In this document: piece after piece, positions 12,093 through 26,100 of the stretch | Layout of the letters: each line of letters begins with the position of its first letter | Position numbering within the stretch: the first letter of the stretch is position 1 | From: Caerostris darwini | Lineage: Eukaryota | Assembly: GCA_021605075.1 (NCBI GenBank) | Contig: BPLQ01011166.1 | Location: 471,264-535,263 of the forward strand | Direction of reading: 5' to 3' | Length of the DNA stretch: 64,000 nt | Position numbers and translations under genes: made by a program | The notes under the pieces: generated by a model | Databases searched by the model: none | The model's input: only the letters and a program-made list of their open reading frames with translations | Told to the model about the DNA's origin: nothing

Positions 12093-12446
12093 TTCTAATT
12101 ATTCTTTACCAACCCGAATTAAACTTAAGTGAAAACCACGTTTCGTATTCTTGCAGTTAGTCCCTTGCCAGTTTCCAATCTTAAACTTAAAAAATATTAT
12201 TGAAAACAACTAAACTCTAATCTGACTCTTATTTAAATTTGTCCAACTAGTACAGTGAATTTTTATGGCAAAAAAATTCTATACGAATTTTAAAAATGAA
12301 CTATTTTCTATTTTCTTTGTGCTTTTTGTATAAAAAAAATGAAATTAAAAGATGATCTTTTGTATAATATAATTTTCAAAAAAATATTTATTTTATAAAA
12401 AAAATTTTTTTTTTCTGACCTCAAACAATATGCAGTCCATTTTCTT

Positions 12447-12970
12447 GGGGTCTAGCTGCACAATCTAACAAGAAATCTGTACAAATTATTCAAAACAAAC
12501 TTCTTCGTATTATCACTGGTGCACCCTGGTTTGTCCGCAACTCTACAATTCATCAAGATTTGAAAATTGATTCTATTGACAACTATATTACTAAACTTTC
12601 TAGAAATTTCTTCAATACCATTGCTACTCACGAAAACCCTCTCATCAAGGCACAAACTATATTTACGCAATTGAATGGAAAATACAAGTATCCTTTCTCT
12701 ACTTCTAAATGGAATCGAAGCCTCAAACCACCATAATTTTCTGCTCACTTATCGCTTTTTAGATATTTTACTTCAACGCATATTTACTGATCATAAATTT
12801 CTTGTTACGTTTCCATCACCGATGATTTACATTTTCCTTACTTTCTTCTTTTTTTTTTCTCTCAAATCATACGATTACTATTATCTATTTATCATGACTT
12901 TTCTTTCCTACTGCCTTCACATACCATTGAGCTTCGCGTTCAGGCACTCGACATCTTTATTCAACAATGA
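12447..12970 (+). mobile_element. 5'-truncated copy (3'-terminal ~525 bp) of the plus-strand LINE family also seen at 55206-58418
   Basis: About 93-95% identical to 57886-58418. Encodes the ORF2 C-terminal tail (...LLRIITGAPWFVRNSTIHQDLKIDSIDNYITKLSRNFFNTIATHENPLIKAQTIFTQLNGK). Sits ~350 bp upstream of the RPL23A start codon. Confidence 0.8.
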
Positions 12971-13267
12971 TGTCCATTTTCTTAAGTAGTTTATTAATTA
13001 TTATGTGAAGCAGTTTATAAAAAATGTCTTTACAATCAGCCACTTTTTAAAAAGTTGCTCGTTTTCATCCCCTATACTGAATATAAACCACAACATCTAC
13101 GGAGCATGGGGGAGAGCGTTTTAAACAACATTTTAGTGGTTTCCTAAAATCTTTTATGCTGGTTAATAAATAATGTGTTATATAAATATTTTATTTAATT
13201 TTTAAGTATTTCAAACAAGAAATACATTCAAAATTTTCCTATTACTTATAAGTTTATTATTGCTAGA

Positions 13268-13298
<31 letters not shown>

Positions 13299-13745
13299 AT
13301 GTTAAAATACAAACAAGAAATATATACAATATATTATATATTTTTTTTACATTAATTCAAACTTTGGGACAATCTAAAATGACTGAGTTATTTGAATCGG
13401 TACGATTCATCGGAGTTCCTTGGTCGCGAAGCGACCAAACCTCCTATTAGCAAGAAATAATTAAACAGTGGTAGTCGGTCACTGCCCATTGATAACGAAA
13501 AACAATTTGCACAATATATAGAAATAGTAAAAATATAAAAGAAAACATATACAAGAAAATACAAAGCACAACTACTAAAAAAAAAAAAAAAAAAAAAGAG
13601 AAAAAGACCGGAGAGAACCTAAAGCCGAAGCACAACATAGCACCCACGCAGGAGTATTTAAAAGAACAAACAAAAATATACGTGGAGCGCGAACTTAACC
13701 TGAAGTTACCAGGACCATAGAAAAATGCAAGAGAAGAAATGCAGT

Positions 13746-16434
13746 CTACTGATTGATGTTTATAACACATCTAGGTCTTTTACGAGACGAGTGCAGAGAA
13801 ATATCATATTCAAATTGATTTAATGCTTGGATGACAGAGTTACTAGATCTATTGAGTGATGAATAAAAGTTTTTTGCAATTTTAGCCACATATTCCCTAA
13901 AGCTAGGCATGGAAAGTGCATATTTAATTTCGTTGTTTCTAAAATACCATGGGGCATCAACAATCATGCATATAACTTTGTTTTCAAGCCGTTCTAAAAT
14001 AATAAAATTGCTTTTGGCTGTAGAGCCCCAGACTGGACTCGCATATGCTATTATCGGACGAAGATAAGCTAAATAGATTAGTGTTTTTAGTTCAATTGTT
14101 AGTTTAGAATGTCTGCCCATGACAGAGTAAAATTTACGCAAAACATTATTAAATTTATCGCGCAAGTAGTTAATATGAGCCTTAAATGTTAGTCTTCTAT
14201 CAAAAATTACACCTAAATACTTAGCTTCTTTAGACCAGGAAATGTTAGTATTAAAAATAGTTATGTTAGGAGGATTATAGACTTTTTTCCTGGTAAATAG
14301 CACTGCTTCAGTTTTCGTGACATTGAGTTTAATTTTCCATTTTTCTAGCCATGATTCAAGAGTGTTGATGTAGTTTTGTAAGTTTTTCTGGATGATGTGT
14401 AAATACCTTCCCTATGTAATAATTGCTGTATCATCAGCGTAGAGTGTCAATTTAATTCTGTGGTCTTGTGGAATGTCATTAGTGAAAATATTGTACAGGA
14501 AGGGCCCCAAGATCGATCCCTGAGGAACACCCGCGAGAATCTCGCAGTTTTTAGAATCAGTATTGTTAACAGAAATGATAAGACTTCGCTCAGAAAGATA
14601 GTTGTAGATAATTTTGATAATGTATGGAGAGTAATTATAGTTAATCATCTTATAAATTAGCCCCTTTATCCAAACCCGATCAAAGGCTTTCGCCACATCG
14701 AGGAAAATTACTGCAGTGTCCTGCTTCCATGAAAATCCTTCATTGATGGTTTCAGAGAGGTTGTACAGTTGGTGCGTGGTAGAAAGATCCTGCATAAAAC
14801 CAAATTGTTGAGATATTAGAATGTTCAGAGCCCTAGATTCATGATTAAGCAGATCAGCAATCACCCGTTCAATAATTTTACTAAAAGTAGAAAGTAAAGA
14901 AATCGGTCTATAGCTATGAGGTGAAGTAGGATCTTTGCCCGGTTTTAAAATAGGAAGTATTCTAGCAGTTTTCCATGTTTTTGGAAAGTAATTAAGAGTT
15001 AAAATAGCATCTGTTATGTTGCAGATTTGGAGAATGCATTTGAAGGGAATATTTTTAAGCATCTTGTTAGTAATGCAGTCAATACCAGGCGTCTTGCTAA
15101 TTTTAAGGTTAGAAATAATGTTAATCACTGAAGAGGCTTTAGTGGAAGGAAAGTTACTGTTAGTACTATTATGCCGAGTTAGAAAAGACGCGATGGTGCT
15201 TTCAACATCATTATCCACCTGAATATTGTTGGATGGGTTTTCTTGAAATTGATCCTGCAGCGAAGTTGCTAGAATTTCAGCTTTTCGGATGTCAGTAGTA
15301 ACTTCTTCATTGCTATCCTGTAGTGAATGTATTTTAGACCTTTTCTTACGAAGGTTGCTGCAGAGTTTCCAGATCGAACCATTCTCAACTTTTGCTGTTT
15401 CAAGGCGCCGATCCCAACAATCATTCCGGTATTTTGCAATTGCCCTTTTAAGAATATTCTGGTGATGATTATAAACATTTTTGCTGCGAGGATCACGATA
15501 AATTTGCCATAGTTTACTCGCGTTGTTCCTATTAGTTATCAGAGTTTTAATAGAAGGGGTAAGTAGGTTTTATTGTTAGTAGGAATAGGCTTAGAGGCAG
15601 CTTGATGCGCAGTAATGATTTTATGTGTTAAGTCTTTAATGGCTTCTTCAATATCAAGCGGAGAATTTAATGGCGTAAAAGAGTAATTAAAGTTACGGTC
15701 AAGGATACTAGAAAATTTAGACCAGCAGGTTGTAACAAGCGGGTTAGTCAGAACATGCATAACGCGGAGGTTAAAATCAATAATTACTGGGTTATGATCC
15801 GAAGAAAGTTCGTCAAGCGAATTAATGGTATTAGAAAAATGAAAGTTATTAGTGACAACTAAATCTATAATAGAGGTAGAGCGAGTGCCAATTCGAGTAG
15901 GAGTGTTAGGAGCAATAATATCTAAATTATAGTTATTCGCATATCTTTGCAAAGCAGCGCCAGTATTATTTTGGTTAGTACAGCCCCAAGCAGTATGATG
16001 TGCATTAAAGTCCCCGCGAGTATAACACTATTATTCAAAGAAAATAAAACGTCTAAATCATGAGTAAGATTAGAGGAAGCAATTGCATTAGGAACATAAA
16101 CAGAGCTAATAAAAAGAGAGGGAAGATTCGGAAAATTTAAAGAAATAATAGTGGCTTTTATCCCGATTAACTGTGGAGTATCTATATGGCGATGTGGCAG
16201 AGAAGCTTTGATAAAAATACCCGTGCCCCCAGAGAGAGGATCTTGAGGTCCATCGTTTCTATAAAAAGTGTACCCCATTAAAGAAGGTGTTTGTGAGTGC
16301 CTAAGGTGTGTTTCCTGAATCAGTACTATATCTGGGTTATAATTATCAACAAAGTTAGTAAATTCAGTCAATTTGTACCAAATATTGCATGCATTCCAAT
16401 AGCATATGCGAAGACCAGAAATCAACTGAGTCAT
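13746..16434 (-). pseudogene. LINE ORF2 (endonuclease-reverse transcriptase) split by frameshifts into at least 4 ORFs
   Basis: Pieces 15922..16434 (APE endonuclease), 15539..15952, 14412..15218 (RT fingers/palm with the YADD motif) and 13746..14303 (RT C-terminal). Confidence 0.75.
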
Positions 16435-16823
16435 TACGGGGCATTTTGGATAGTTTGGGATGCAAGGCCATTGACAAAGACCTGCAACTTATCAGCTTTA
16501 TTGTCTGTACTCCTTACTTGGTGGAGAATACCATCTAGATCATTAAGATCAGAGAAAATAGCAACGAACTCCTTCATAAGAAGCAGGGTTTTTTGAATAA
16601 ATTGGGCTTGGCTAGCAATGCCCTGCAATTGGCTCAGTTGATTTGAGGTTAATTCATTATTAACAGTAACAGCATTACCAGAGTTGCTTTGTGGTGGAGA
16701 TAAATTTTTTGCTGCAGCTGCATACGAGAAATTTTGAGAAACCTGACGAACAGGAGTATACTTAGGAAAAGTTGCGTATTTAGCAGTATTAATTTTTATC
16801 TTTGGAAACTTCGAACAGCCTCG

Positions 16824-18239
16824 CTAGGCAGCCGTGTGGCCGAATTGACCACAATTAATACACTGTGGTATCTCCAACTTATCATATAGCTTGCATTCCT
16901 TATAGGAATGTTCTTCGCCGCATTTTAGACAACGGGCTTTGAAGCCGCAGTTATTTGAGCTATGATGAAAGAAATTGCATTTAAAACACTGCAGCGTGAT
17001 AGGTTTCTTATTATATCTCTCAACAGCTACAGCTAAATACATTAACCGATTCAGCTTAAAAATATCCTGATTCTTATTAGATCGAGACAAGGTGATTTGA
17101 AATATGGGTAGTGGCTGTTTGTCTTTGGTCCTGGTAAGTTGCGTAACCTTTTCGGCAATGAAGCCTTTGTCTGCCAGGGCAGATTTAATGTCATCCGTAT
17201 TGGTATCCCGATGAAGTCCTTTAATAACAGCCTTTAAGGGCCTAAGGAATTTCGGAGTTATTACAAAGAATTCAATTCCACTAGTACTCAAAAATTTAGT
17301 AATAGCTCTGTGTTGGACTTTCGAATTGGGAAAAATCTTTAGCATTTCCCCAGCAAGCTTTATAAAAACATCCCCTTGGAAATGTTCATCTATTAATTTC
17401 AACATATCATTCAGGTTACCTTTGGGTTTGACCATTACTGGTGGCATCTTGCGAACAACCGTAACAGTTTCCTCATCTACAGCTGCGTCAGTGCTAAGTG
17501 CTTGATATTGATTTGTAGTAACTAAATTCTCACTTGCAGACGACTTATTCAGAGTATAGTTTGCCTCAGCAATTTGTTTTTTACTTGGGGTGCGAAAGTC
17601 CCCTGATTCATTAACATTAGTACTAAGTTGACTAGCATTTCTCTTATTCTTATGTTTTACACTAACATTTACTTTGCTAGAGTTGCTAGCATTGATAGGA
17701 TTTACAGTTTTACTATTAGTACTTTTAACAACATTCTTAACATTATTAACAGCATTCAAATTACTATTACTACTACTATTAACAGGTAATTTAGTACTAT
17801 TGTGCAAATTGCAATTCTCAATAGGACAATGAAATCGACTCACCCACTCCTCCAGGAACTTGCGCTTCTGCATCAGATTCTCAGTCATCTGTAAATAATC
17901 TTGCTGGAGATCAGATCTTTTCGCATTGGCTGGATCTTTTCGCACTATGGAATCGATGACATCCATTTCCTTAAGGGCAGTAGTCAGTTGGCGGCACATT
18001 CCCTCAGGGGAGACTTTTTCAGCCGTATTATCAACATTGCTTGCACCTGCATGTGGAGAGGGTACTTCCGAAACCTGTGGCGAGAGTACTTGCGGCGGGT
18101 CCTGAGAAGGTCCGTTCCCCTCGGTGTTAGTATCCATCTGATTCAACGATTGGCAGTAGAAACTATGATCATGATCAATGTTCATGTTCAATGTTCTCAA
18201 CTGATCGTACAGGAAAAGTTTTATAAACGAATATCTCAC
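16824..18239 (-). CDS. LINE ORF1 protein (471 aa) with three CCHC zinc knuckles, apparently intact
   Basis: C-terminal CFKCNFFHHSSNNC, CLKCGEEHSYKEC and CINCGQFGHTAA knuckles. Ser/Asn-rich low-complexity middle region. Confidence 0.75.
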   Translation of the reverse strand: MRYSFIKLFLYDQLRTLNMNIDHDHSFYCQSLNQMDTNTEGNGPSQDPPQVLSPQVSEVPSPHAGASNVDNTAEKVSPEGMCRQLTTALKEMDVIDSIVRKDPANAKRSDLQQDYLQMTENLMQKRKFLEEWVSRFHCPIENCNLHNSTKLPVNSSSNSNLNAVNNVKNVVKSTNSKTVNPINASNSSKVNVSVKHKNKRNASQLSTNVNESGDFRTPSKKQIAEANYTLNKSSASENLVTTNQYQALSTDAAVDEETVTVVRKMPPVMVKPKGNLNDMLKLIDEHFQGDVFIKLAGEMLKIFPNSKVQHRAITKFLSTSGIEFFVITPKFLRPLKAVIKGLHRDTNTDDIKSALADKGFIAEKVTQLTRTKDKQPLPIFQITLSRSNKNQDIFKLNRLMYLAVAVERYNKKPITLQCFKCNFFHHSSNNCGFKARCLKCGEEHSYKECKLYDKLEIPQCINCGQFGHTAA

Positions 18240-18784
18240 TCAGATCGTTATTAAAGTCAGTCAAAGGATTTCAAATTTCAACATCCTTGAAGGTTTTTAA
18301 GAGAGTTGAAACCATAACATCAATTTTCAATAACAGAAAAAGATAAATCATGACTGAGTTATTTTTACTAAAAGAATGATGAAACGTAGAATAATATAAT
18401 TTTCAGACAACCCAGGTTTACGGCTAAAAAAATTTTTTGGAATAATATATTCAAAAATGGTTAAGGCTATTCAACTATCTATATAGATTTAATAAATTTT
18501 TCAGTTCTTATTTTAACGTAATTTTTAAAAAAATTTCCTTAAATTTAAGACATAAGGCTCGGAGCTAACAGGGCGCTCTATGACTGTCTTTTACATTTGT
18601 AATAGTAACCCTAAATGCCGGATTGAGGGGGAGGAAATCTCAAGCCGTATAATATATTAGTTTGTCTGTGTATGCTTTTTTTATTTATTATTTATGCTTC
18701 TTGCTGCTTGTAAAACGCATGGAATTTTTCGACTTTTTTTAATTTTCTGCTCTTTTTAAACTCATACGAATAGAACAAATTTAT

Positions 18785-19460
18785 ATGAATTGTGAATACA
18801 TGAAATATGATTTCATTTTTTTGACTATAAGCAGAAAATATCACGCATTTTATAAACGAAACGAGATCCCAACAACTGCCAAAATGACAAAAGTTTTGAA
18901 TAAGAGAGAACTACTGAATCTGAACATCAGAACAATTAGAAGATTAATCAATGACTTAGATTTCGTTGTTCGGAAAACGAAATAGATTTCCAATATTAAT
19001 CCACGTCTTAATGCGGTGACGTTGATTTAAGGCAAAGTAGCGTTGCAGTTCTGAGGATACTTAAATTCATTATAGATGAGATATGAATAAATTTGGCCAT
19101 ACTAAAACAACAATACAGTGAAAACATCCAAACAAGTGTTTTTATCTCGTCTATTGTTAAAGGACCTGCAGGGAAATGATAACTAACGCGGGGAATAAAA
19201 ATAACATTTATTCCGAAATTTTGGAAATTTTCAAAGAAAATAATAACAGCAATGGTGATTATCATTCCGAAATGAATGGAGCACATTTTGAGAAGTGGTT
19301 TCAGAAAATTCTGCCATTCATAAATGCTAACAGCGTTTTTGTCATGGATAATGAACTATATCACAGCGCTTTTTATGAAACCAATCCGAGTGAGTTAATA
19401 AAAAAAGGGGACATATTCAAACAGGCCAGACTATTGTTTGGAAAATTGACATGTTGAAAA
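18785..19460 (+). mobile_element. Degenerate Tc1/mariner-superfamily (DDE_3-type) transposase remnant
   Basis: ORF 19176..19457 contains ...HSEMNGAHFEKWFQKILPFINANSVFVMDNELYHS, the conserved region around the second catalytic Asp of Tc1-like transposases. No intact ORF or TIR identified. Confidence 0.4.
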
Positions 19461-20638
19461 ATGAACTTCAATTGGCAGTATCCAATATCCGTAAATAAAT
19501 ATGAATCATATAAGATAGACGTTTTGGAAACTATTCATGGTCATACAATTCTTCGATTATTTTCATATCACTGAAAATCGATTCCAATTGGAGGACAAAT
19601 AAGAGGGCATGTCACATCAGAAATAAAACTTTCAAAAATGATGAGGTGATGAATCTGACCAAACTGCCACATATTTGAGTAAATGTCTTCAAAGAAGAAA
19701 CCCGTATGTAGTAATTAGACGGAATGACAGAAACAACAATTAACAATTGGAAATTCCTCATTAATTCTGAATCAACGGAAGCTGCAAATTCAGTAAGTGA
19801 TTAAGGTGAAATGGAAATTTAGTAATCAACATAAAACATTTGCACATTTCTTTTATAACGTATAAATTTTTTTAATTCAAATAATAATGCCTAATTAAAA
19901 ATTCAAACGAACATTTTTTTTTAATGAAATGAAAAATGTGTTGCATTAAAATCAAACTTTTCATTTTAAACGAGTATGAATTTAATGAAAACCATACAAA
20001 CATCAACAGTACAAAAAAAAATTGCAATTGATGTATATTTTTACAAATAATAATAATAAAAATAATAATAAATAATAAATAAAATGCTGAACTTTTTTAT
20101 GTCTTAAAAAAAAAACATCTCGCATCAACAGTCCAGATATCTGGGGAGACATACGACAGGCAAGTGCAGGCACTAACTTCTAAAAATTCTCCCTTCATCA
20201 ACTATCGATTGCTGTTCGTAGTATACATAAATAGAACATGACCTTGTTGTCATTGACAAAAAATCATATTTAAAAGTTTAAATTTTTTCAAATCTCTTTT
20301 TTTAATCATATTTTCTTTTTAGAACTTACTTTTATTTTTCTAAAACCATTCCAATCAATAACTCATAATGCCTACTATTAGTATATTTCAATTTGCTTAT
20401 CTGATTTTAAAAATAAAATATAAAATATATAATAAATATAATTTATTTCTTAAAACTTGAAAATAAATTTTTATTATTTTTGTTCGAAACATATTGATAA
20501 CTGCCGTTCAATATTTTTCGTCAAATCATGAAATAAAATATATTTATCCTTTAAATATTAATTTTTTATTTTTATTAAATGCTATTTCTTCCTACACATA
20601 TATTTCTAAAGAATCCTTCATAATTGTAGCAGCCGGAA

Positions 20639-20662
20639 CATATATATATATATATATATATA
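20639..20662. repeat. (TA)n microsatellite
   Basis: atatatatatatatatatatata. Confidence 0.9.
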
Positions 20663-22399
20663 AGATGAAAGAAAACTACTAACGCAGGGTTGATCGGGAT
20701 CCAAAATTTCAGAAAATTGCGAAAATTTGAGGCTTCTCAGTTCCGTAAATTGCGTGCTACATATTACAAAAATATGCCTTTTTCAAAGAATATTATATTT
20801 TCCATTTTTGAAATAAGTATGCTTAAAATGTTCCTATAATTTATGTAGGCAATAGTGAAAAACAATATATTTGGGATATATATTGTTTTATACCATTAGC
20901 ATACCATTTTATACCATTGTTCCTCTGATGCTTTCTTTCTTATTTTATGATGGAAAGTAGAAGGGGGATGAATCTTTGTTTCACGCGCAATTTCATAAAA
21001 TTCGACATATAGTTGAACAGAACTTCAGAACCAATATCACCTCTGAGAGGAGGTGAATATGTGCCAAAATTTTTGATAATTCCAAAAAAGGGGTGCTGCC
21101 AGTTCAGAGAACTTCACTGTCACCCATAACCCCCCCCTTCTAGACAATCATCTCCTCGGAAAGAAAAACCCCATCTTTTCACTAAGTTCTGATAATTTCA
21201 AACGCCAAAAATTACAATCTTCATGGTTACTTTAACATCTTTTGAGAGAAGCACACGGCGTCGTATTCAAGACACGAATTCATTCTTGGCGAATCAGAAT
21301 GTCGAATTTTTTTCATTTGCATTTTTACTCAGCTGTAGGATATAGCACCCTTCAACGTAGGAAGTCCCAACTTTATTTGGGGGTTAAATGTTAATTTGGG
21401 GAGTATAGCATTTTTTTTTTATATAAAAAGTCCCCTTTTACTTTTAAGGCTCATTCCCACCTAGTCGATGACGCGACATTGCGACAGGCAAGACAATTTT
21501 TTCCCTTCACAACGAAACGTCAGAAATAGCATTACGCCTAGTGAAGTTCCGCTTCTAGTTGAAAGTTGGTCAACTCTTGTCGCTTAAACGCTTCTCGCCT
21601 CGGTGAGAAAGAGCTGTTACTGCAAAGTACAAACTAAACTAAAACTAAATGATCCCCTCAATTTTGCTATCTTACAACGGATAAAATGTGAGTAAAATTT
21701 TTTTGCCTATTTCTTTAACCAGAATTTGTGGGCATTTTACACAATGGAAATGAAGTATCGTATTCCTCAAGCATACTCATTAATATGATAGAAATGAATG
21801 AAAACATAAGAAGTTTTTTTTAAGAAGCGATACAATATAAAATCAGATGTTCATAGGTTTAAAATAATGTAGAAAAGCAGGACATTATGTGAAACTGGAA
21901 AGAAGATAAGGAGACTAAAATGATGTTTACATACATAACATTTTATTTTTAATATGCGAGAGAGACAGCAAGGTCTTAAAAGACGTTGCAAATGGAAATA
22001 AGAATAATAATCTCGTACAAAAAATTTTATAAATTCAATTTAGACTGAATACTAAAACATCTATCTTCTATATCAATGTGATGAAAATATTTGTAAAAGT
22101 TATTCCTTTCAGCGAAAACGATTTTTTCAAATTTTCCCAAATACAGTGAAATAAAAGTTGAAGGAATTAAAGGATTAATGAACTAATGTGAACTGAAGAA
22201 GGTTTGAAAAGGCAAACAATAATGATGATAACGCTCATGAGTTGTTTTCATGAATTAAGTGAAAAGCAAAAATGTTTTTTAAAAATCTTTACGGAGTAGA
22301 GGAAAAAATGTTTTGATTTTCAAATTCAGAGTGAGAAAATACTGTAGATATTAACAAAAAAATTCTATGAGATAAAATTTGTTTTTATAAACCAGCTTT

Positions 22400-23165
22400 G
22401 TTGGATTTGGAAAAGTTTTGGATCACAAAAATCCGGAGAAAGTTCAGATATATTTAGGTATTACCTATTTTAACATATACCGCCAGACATAGAAAATGCA
22501 ACACCATGAATATTAGGCCATATAAATATGAAAATTGTGAGGGATACGCCAATGAAGGATGCAGATCTGAAATTATCGAAATGATGTCGAGAACGAGCGA
22601 CTTGGCTGACTGAATGACACAGTGTGATAAGTCTCTATTCTACCTATTTGATGACAGTCGCAGAGTGATATTCTTGAGAGTCTGGCAGATAAAATCAATC
22701 CGATCATTATTGAACATCATTATTGAATGTGGCATAATAGTTTCGATGCCGATAGACACTATAAAAGGTCAGCCCTCATATGCACCAAAAGTACATTGGC
22801 AGCACAATGATACGTTGATGAAGTGCTGCAGTCGGTTGAAGTACCTTACATTCAGCAACTGAAAAAGGGTATATTCCTTCAGGATAATGCGAGATCACAC
22901 ATGGCATTCATCAGCAGACAAGCCTTGCAGCATATCCAGCTGCTTCCTTCGCCTGAAATGTTACCTCATCTCTCATCGTGGCCTTGTATGTGATTGGTCT
23001 TCATGTGTCTACTCTGCCCTAAGCTCAATCAAAGGACGAACTATGGAGAATATATGAGCTTCCATCCCTTAGGACACTATCTGTACACTAACTGAATCTG
23101 TACCTCGTAGGATAGCAGCTTGCATCCTACTTCCAATGATCCCCTATACATTTCATCGCTGTATA
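22400..23165 (+). mobile_element. Degenerate Tc1/mariner transposase remnant (frameshifted)
   Basis: Plus-strand frames give IFLQDNARSHMAFISRQALQ (the DDE region FQQDNAxxHTA) and TESVPRRIAACILLPMIPYT (the C-terminal SMPRRxxAVIxAKGGPTxY motif). Confidence 0.5.
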
Positions 23166-26100
23166 AATTATTTTCTTGTAAACAAAATCACTTATTTACC
23201 TATGCATTCTCTGTTTGTGTATCAATTTTCATCCTCATTTCAATTTTTTTCCTCAAGCATTATTTGAAGAGTAATATGTAAAAGCAGATTGGAAGACACG
23301 CTCAATTAATGTAAAATATTGTTTACAAATACTATAAAAGAGAATAATGCAGTCCTTGGTAGAATGTAACTTCTTTCACTCCACAAACTAACATTTGACA
23401 AAGAGTGATAAGCCATCACATCACAGAAAGGATAATTGAATACTTCATTCTCCAAATTTGACTTCATGGTTTTCAATTGAGGGGGTACTATTCAAATGCC
23501 TCACAGTTAACTAATTGCTTTACCATAGTAATAAATTTCTTACATCAATTCAAATACATTATAAAATACACTTAACTGTGATGTTACATGTTTAAAAAAA
23601 TTATTTTATTTTTACATGTGAATATATAGAAAAATATTGGTACATGTTTACCATATTTGACTGAAAGTAAAGAATTGAAGCATTTCATAGAACATTACTA
23701 ATTTCAGTTGAACTAGTAACAGTAAATGTAATTAACTAAAACTAAAAAAATTCATCTTCATGAACCAAATTTCTTTTCATTTTTACAAATTTTGTAAAGT
23801 ATCACGAATTCATAGAAAATTTAATGTACTTACATTATTTTTTAACATTTATATTATTTACTTAAATGTATCTTAGTTTTCCTATTATAATCAATATCTT
23901 TTTTATCAGTTAATTAAGCAATGCCAATATATATCTTCACTTTATTAAAATTCCCAAATGATATTTTAAATAATTAATGAAACATGGTTTTTACTTTTTA
24001 TGTTTATATAATATTAAAATATTAACTTTTGTTAAAATTTTAATGATATACATTGTAAACATTTTGAATCAAATCTGTTGATCTCGATTTACAATTATTT
24101 ATCGTTATCCATGTATATCTGCTATACAATTTGTTAATATCTAATAAATTGTATAATCAGTTTATTGTAAAGAATTATGATAAACATATCTATGTGATGC
24201 TATTTGTTTTTAATACATAAAATTTGATTAATTATGTTTTTGACCTGCATTTATGACTGGACAAACTATTATCAATTTCTTATGAGAATTATACAATATA
24301 ATATGCATAATCTGATTTTACTTTTAATTTACTAAATTAACAATATATTTCAAAACTCTTGAGATTGATTTAAAATACCCTTTTATCATTAAAAATAATC
24401 TTAAATTAACTTCAATAAGCTTATTTGAATGTATCTAATGATTACTTTTATAAATGCCTTAGTAAACTTATTAAATTATTGAAAATGTTTAATCTAATTT
24501 TGGGTTATAACTTAATTGAAATGTATGTGTATTTAAATTCAACAACAGTATAATTCCATTTTTGTTAACTAATTTTAAATTTAGTTAATAATATTGTTTG
24601 GTAGCTTAAAGAAAATGTACCAAATAAAAATCAAGTTCATCAATAAATAAATTGATATAATTAAATTTCACTCACATTAAAAATACATTATAATGCTATA
24701 TTAGATGTTCCATTCAATAAAAGAAATGAAATATTTTTTATATGGTACAACAGAAATATTCTTTTTATATCAATAAGTTAAATTATGATAATTTAGTGAA
24801 AACCATTTTATCTATTTAACAAGAATAAAAATCACAAGTTGTCAATTTAAAAAAAAAAAAAAAATTGAATGTCTTTTCAAATGGAATGTTTTTGTTTAGT
24901 TTTATATAGAATTGGTTTGTATTTCCATAGACATCCAGTAAATGCTTCTTCTATTCAATGTAATTTCATCATCCTCAGTATAATTTTTTTTTTTAAATAT
25001 TGTAGAATCAAAGTTGCTCTTAAAATCAGAAAAATGTTATGCCAGTTTAAGATTTTGAAGGATGCAAAACAGAAAATTTATAGGTTCATGGGAAGTCAAA
25101 GGAAGATTGTACATGAACAAATAATCCGTGGATTATATCAGAACAATTTCTTTATACTACTCAAAATTATGATTGCAGATCAGAGTAGAAAATGGTAGTT
25201 AAAAATAGTATTCATGTATACCTTCAAATTCATCAACATAACAAATTTTTGATAAAAACTGAATTAACACAAAATAAATATTTATTAAACTTTTAATTAG
25301 GATTTGATTTAATGCATTTAAATTACAATGTCATGATATAACAATCAATATATTATAAAAAGGAACAACAACAAATACAAAAACATATGTATAGATTGAA
25401 TAAACTTAGTAAATAGACAGTAATAATAACAATTTACAATTAGAAATAAAAATTATATATTTAAAATAAATCAAACATATTAACAGTATAGATTTTTAAG
25501 CAGAATGAGAACAATATTTTTAATACTGTATAGTTGGCAGGTTACATAAGTTATTTAATATGAACAGTAAATAGTATATTAACTGTATTCTATAACAATC
25601 TTTGAGGAACATAATTCTTCTTGTTGCATTTATAATATAAATGTAATATAATGCCTTATGACTAAAGAATAAATATTTCAATCTTCATAAAAATAATTAT
25701 CCAAGTTTAATGTAAAATTTTTAAAGAACAACAAAAAAGAAAGAAAGAAATCAGAATGGATGAAAAATCAGCAAATAATAGCAAATTTAAATGAAAATTT
25801 AAGATTGTGTTCAATACAGTAAAATAATTATAAAATAAAAATATACAATTATTTAATAAACAAAATTGCAAGAGATTTCATTGTTCATGAAACATAATAA
25901 ACTGATCAACATAGTATAATGCTAGTTTAATAACAGTAAAAGTTTAATAAAGAAACATTTAAAAAAAAAAAATTTTCAATGAAAATAATTATATTTTTTT
26001 AAAATAAGAAAATAGTTCATTAATAATTTATTCATAATTTTTAATGTATAATAAGTTTTATTATACATTAAAAAGAAGGCCTACTGCATAAAAAGCATAG

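Larger units (their letters stand above)
13268..18300 (-). mobile_element. Near-full-length non-LTR retrotransposon (Jockey/R1-like clade), ORF1 + APE endonuclease + RT, poly(A) tail (plus-strand T36 at 13268-13303)
   Basis: ORF1 16824..18239 has three CCHC knuckles. Endonuclease motifs (LIQETHL..., GDFN-like) lie in 15922..16434. RT motifs (FLDVAKAFDRVW, ILGPFLYNIF, YADDTAI) lie in 14412..15218. The RT C-terminal tail lies in 13746..14303. The 5' boundary is approximate. Confidence 0.8.
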
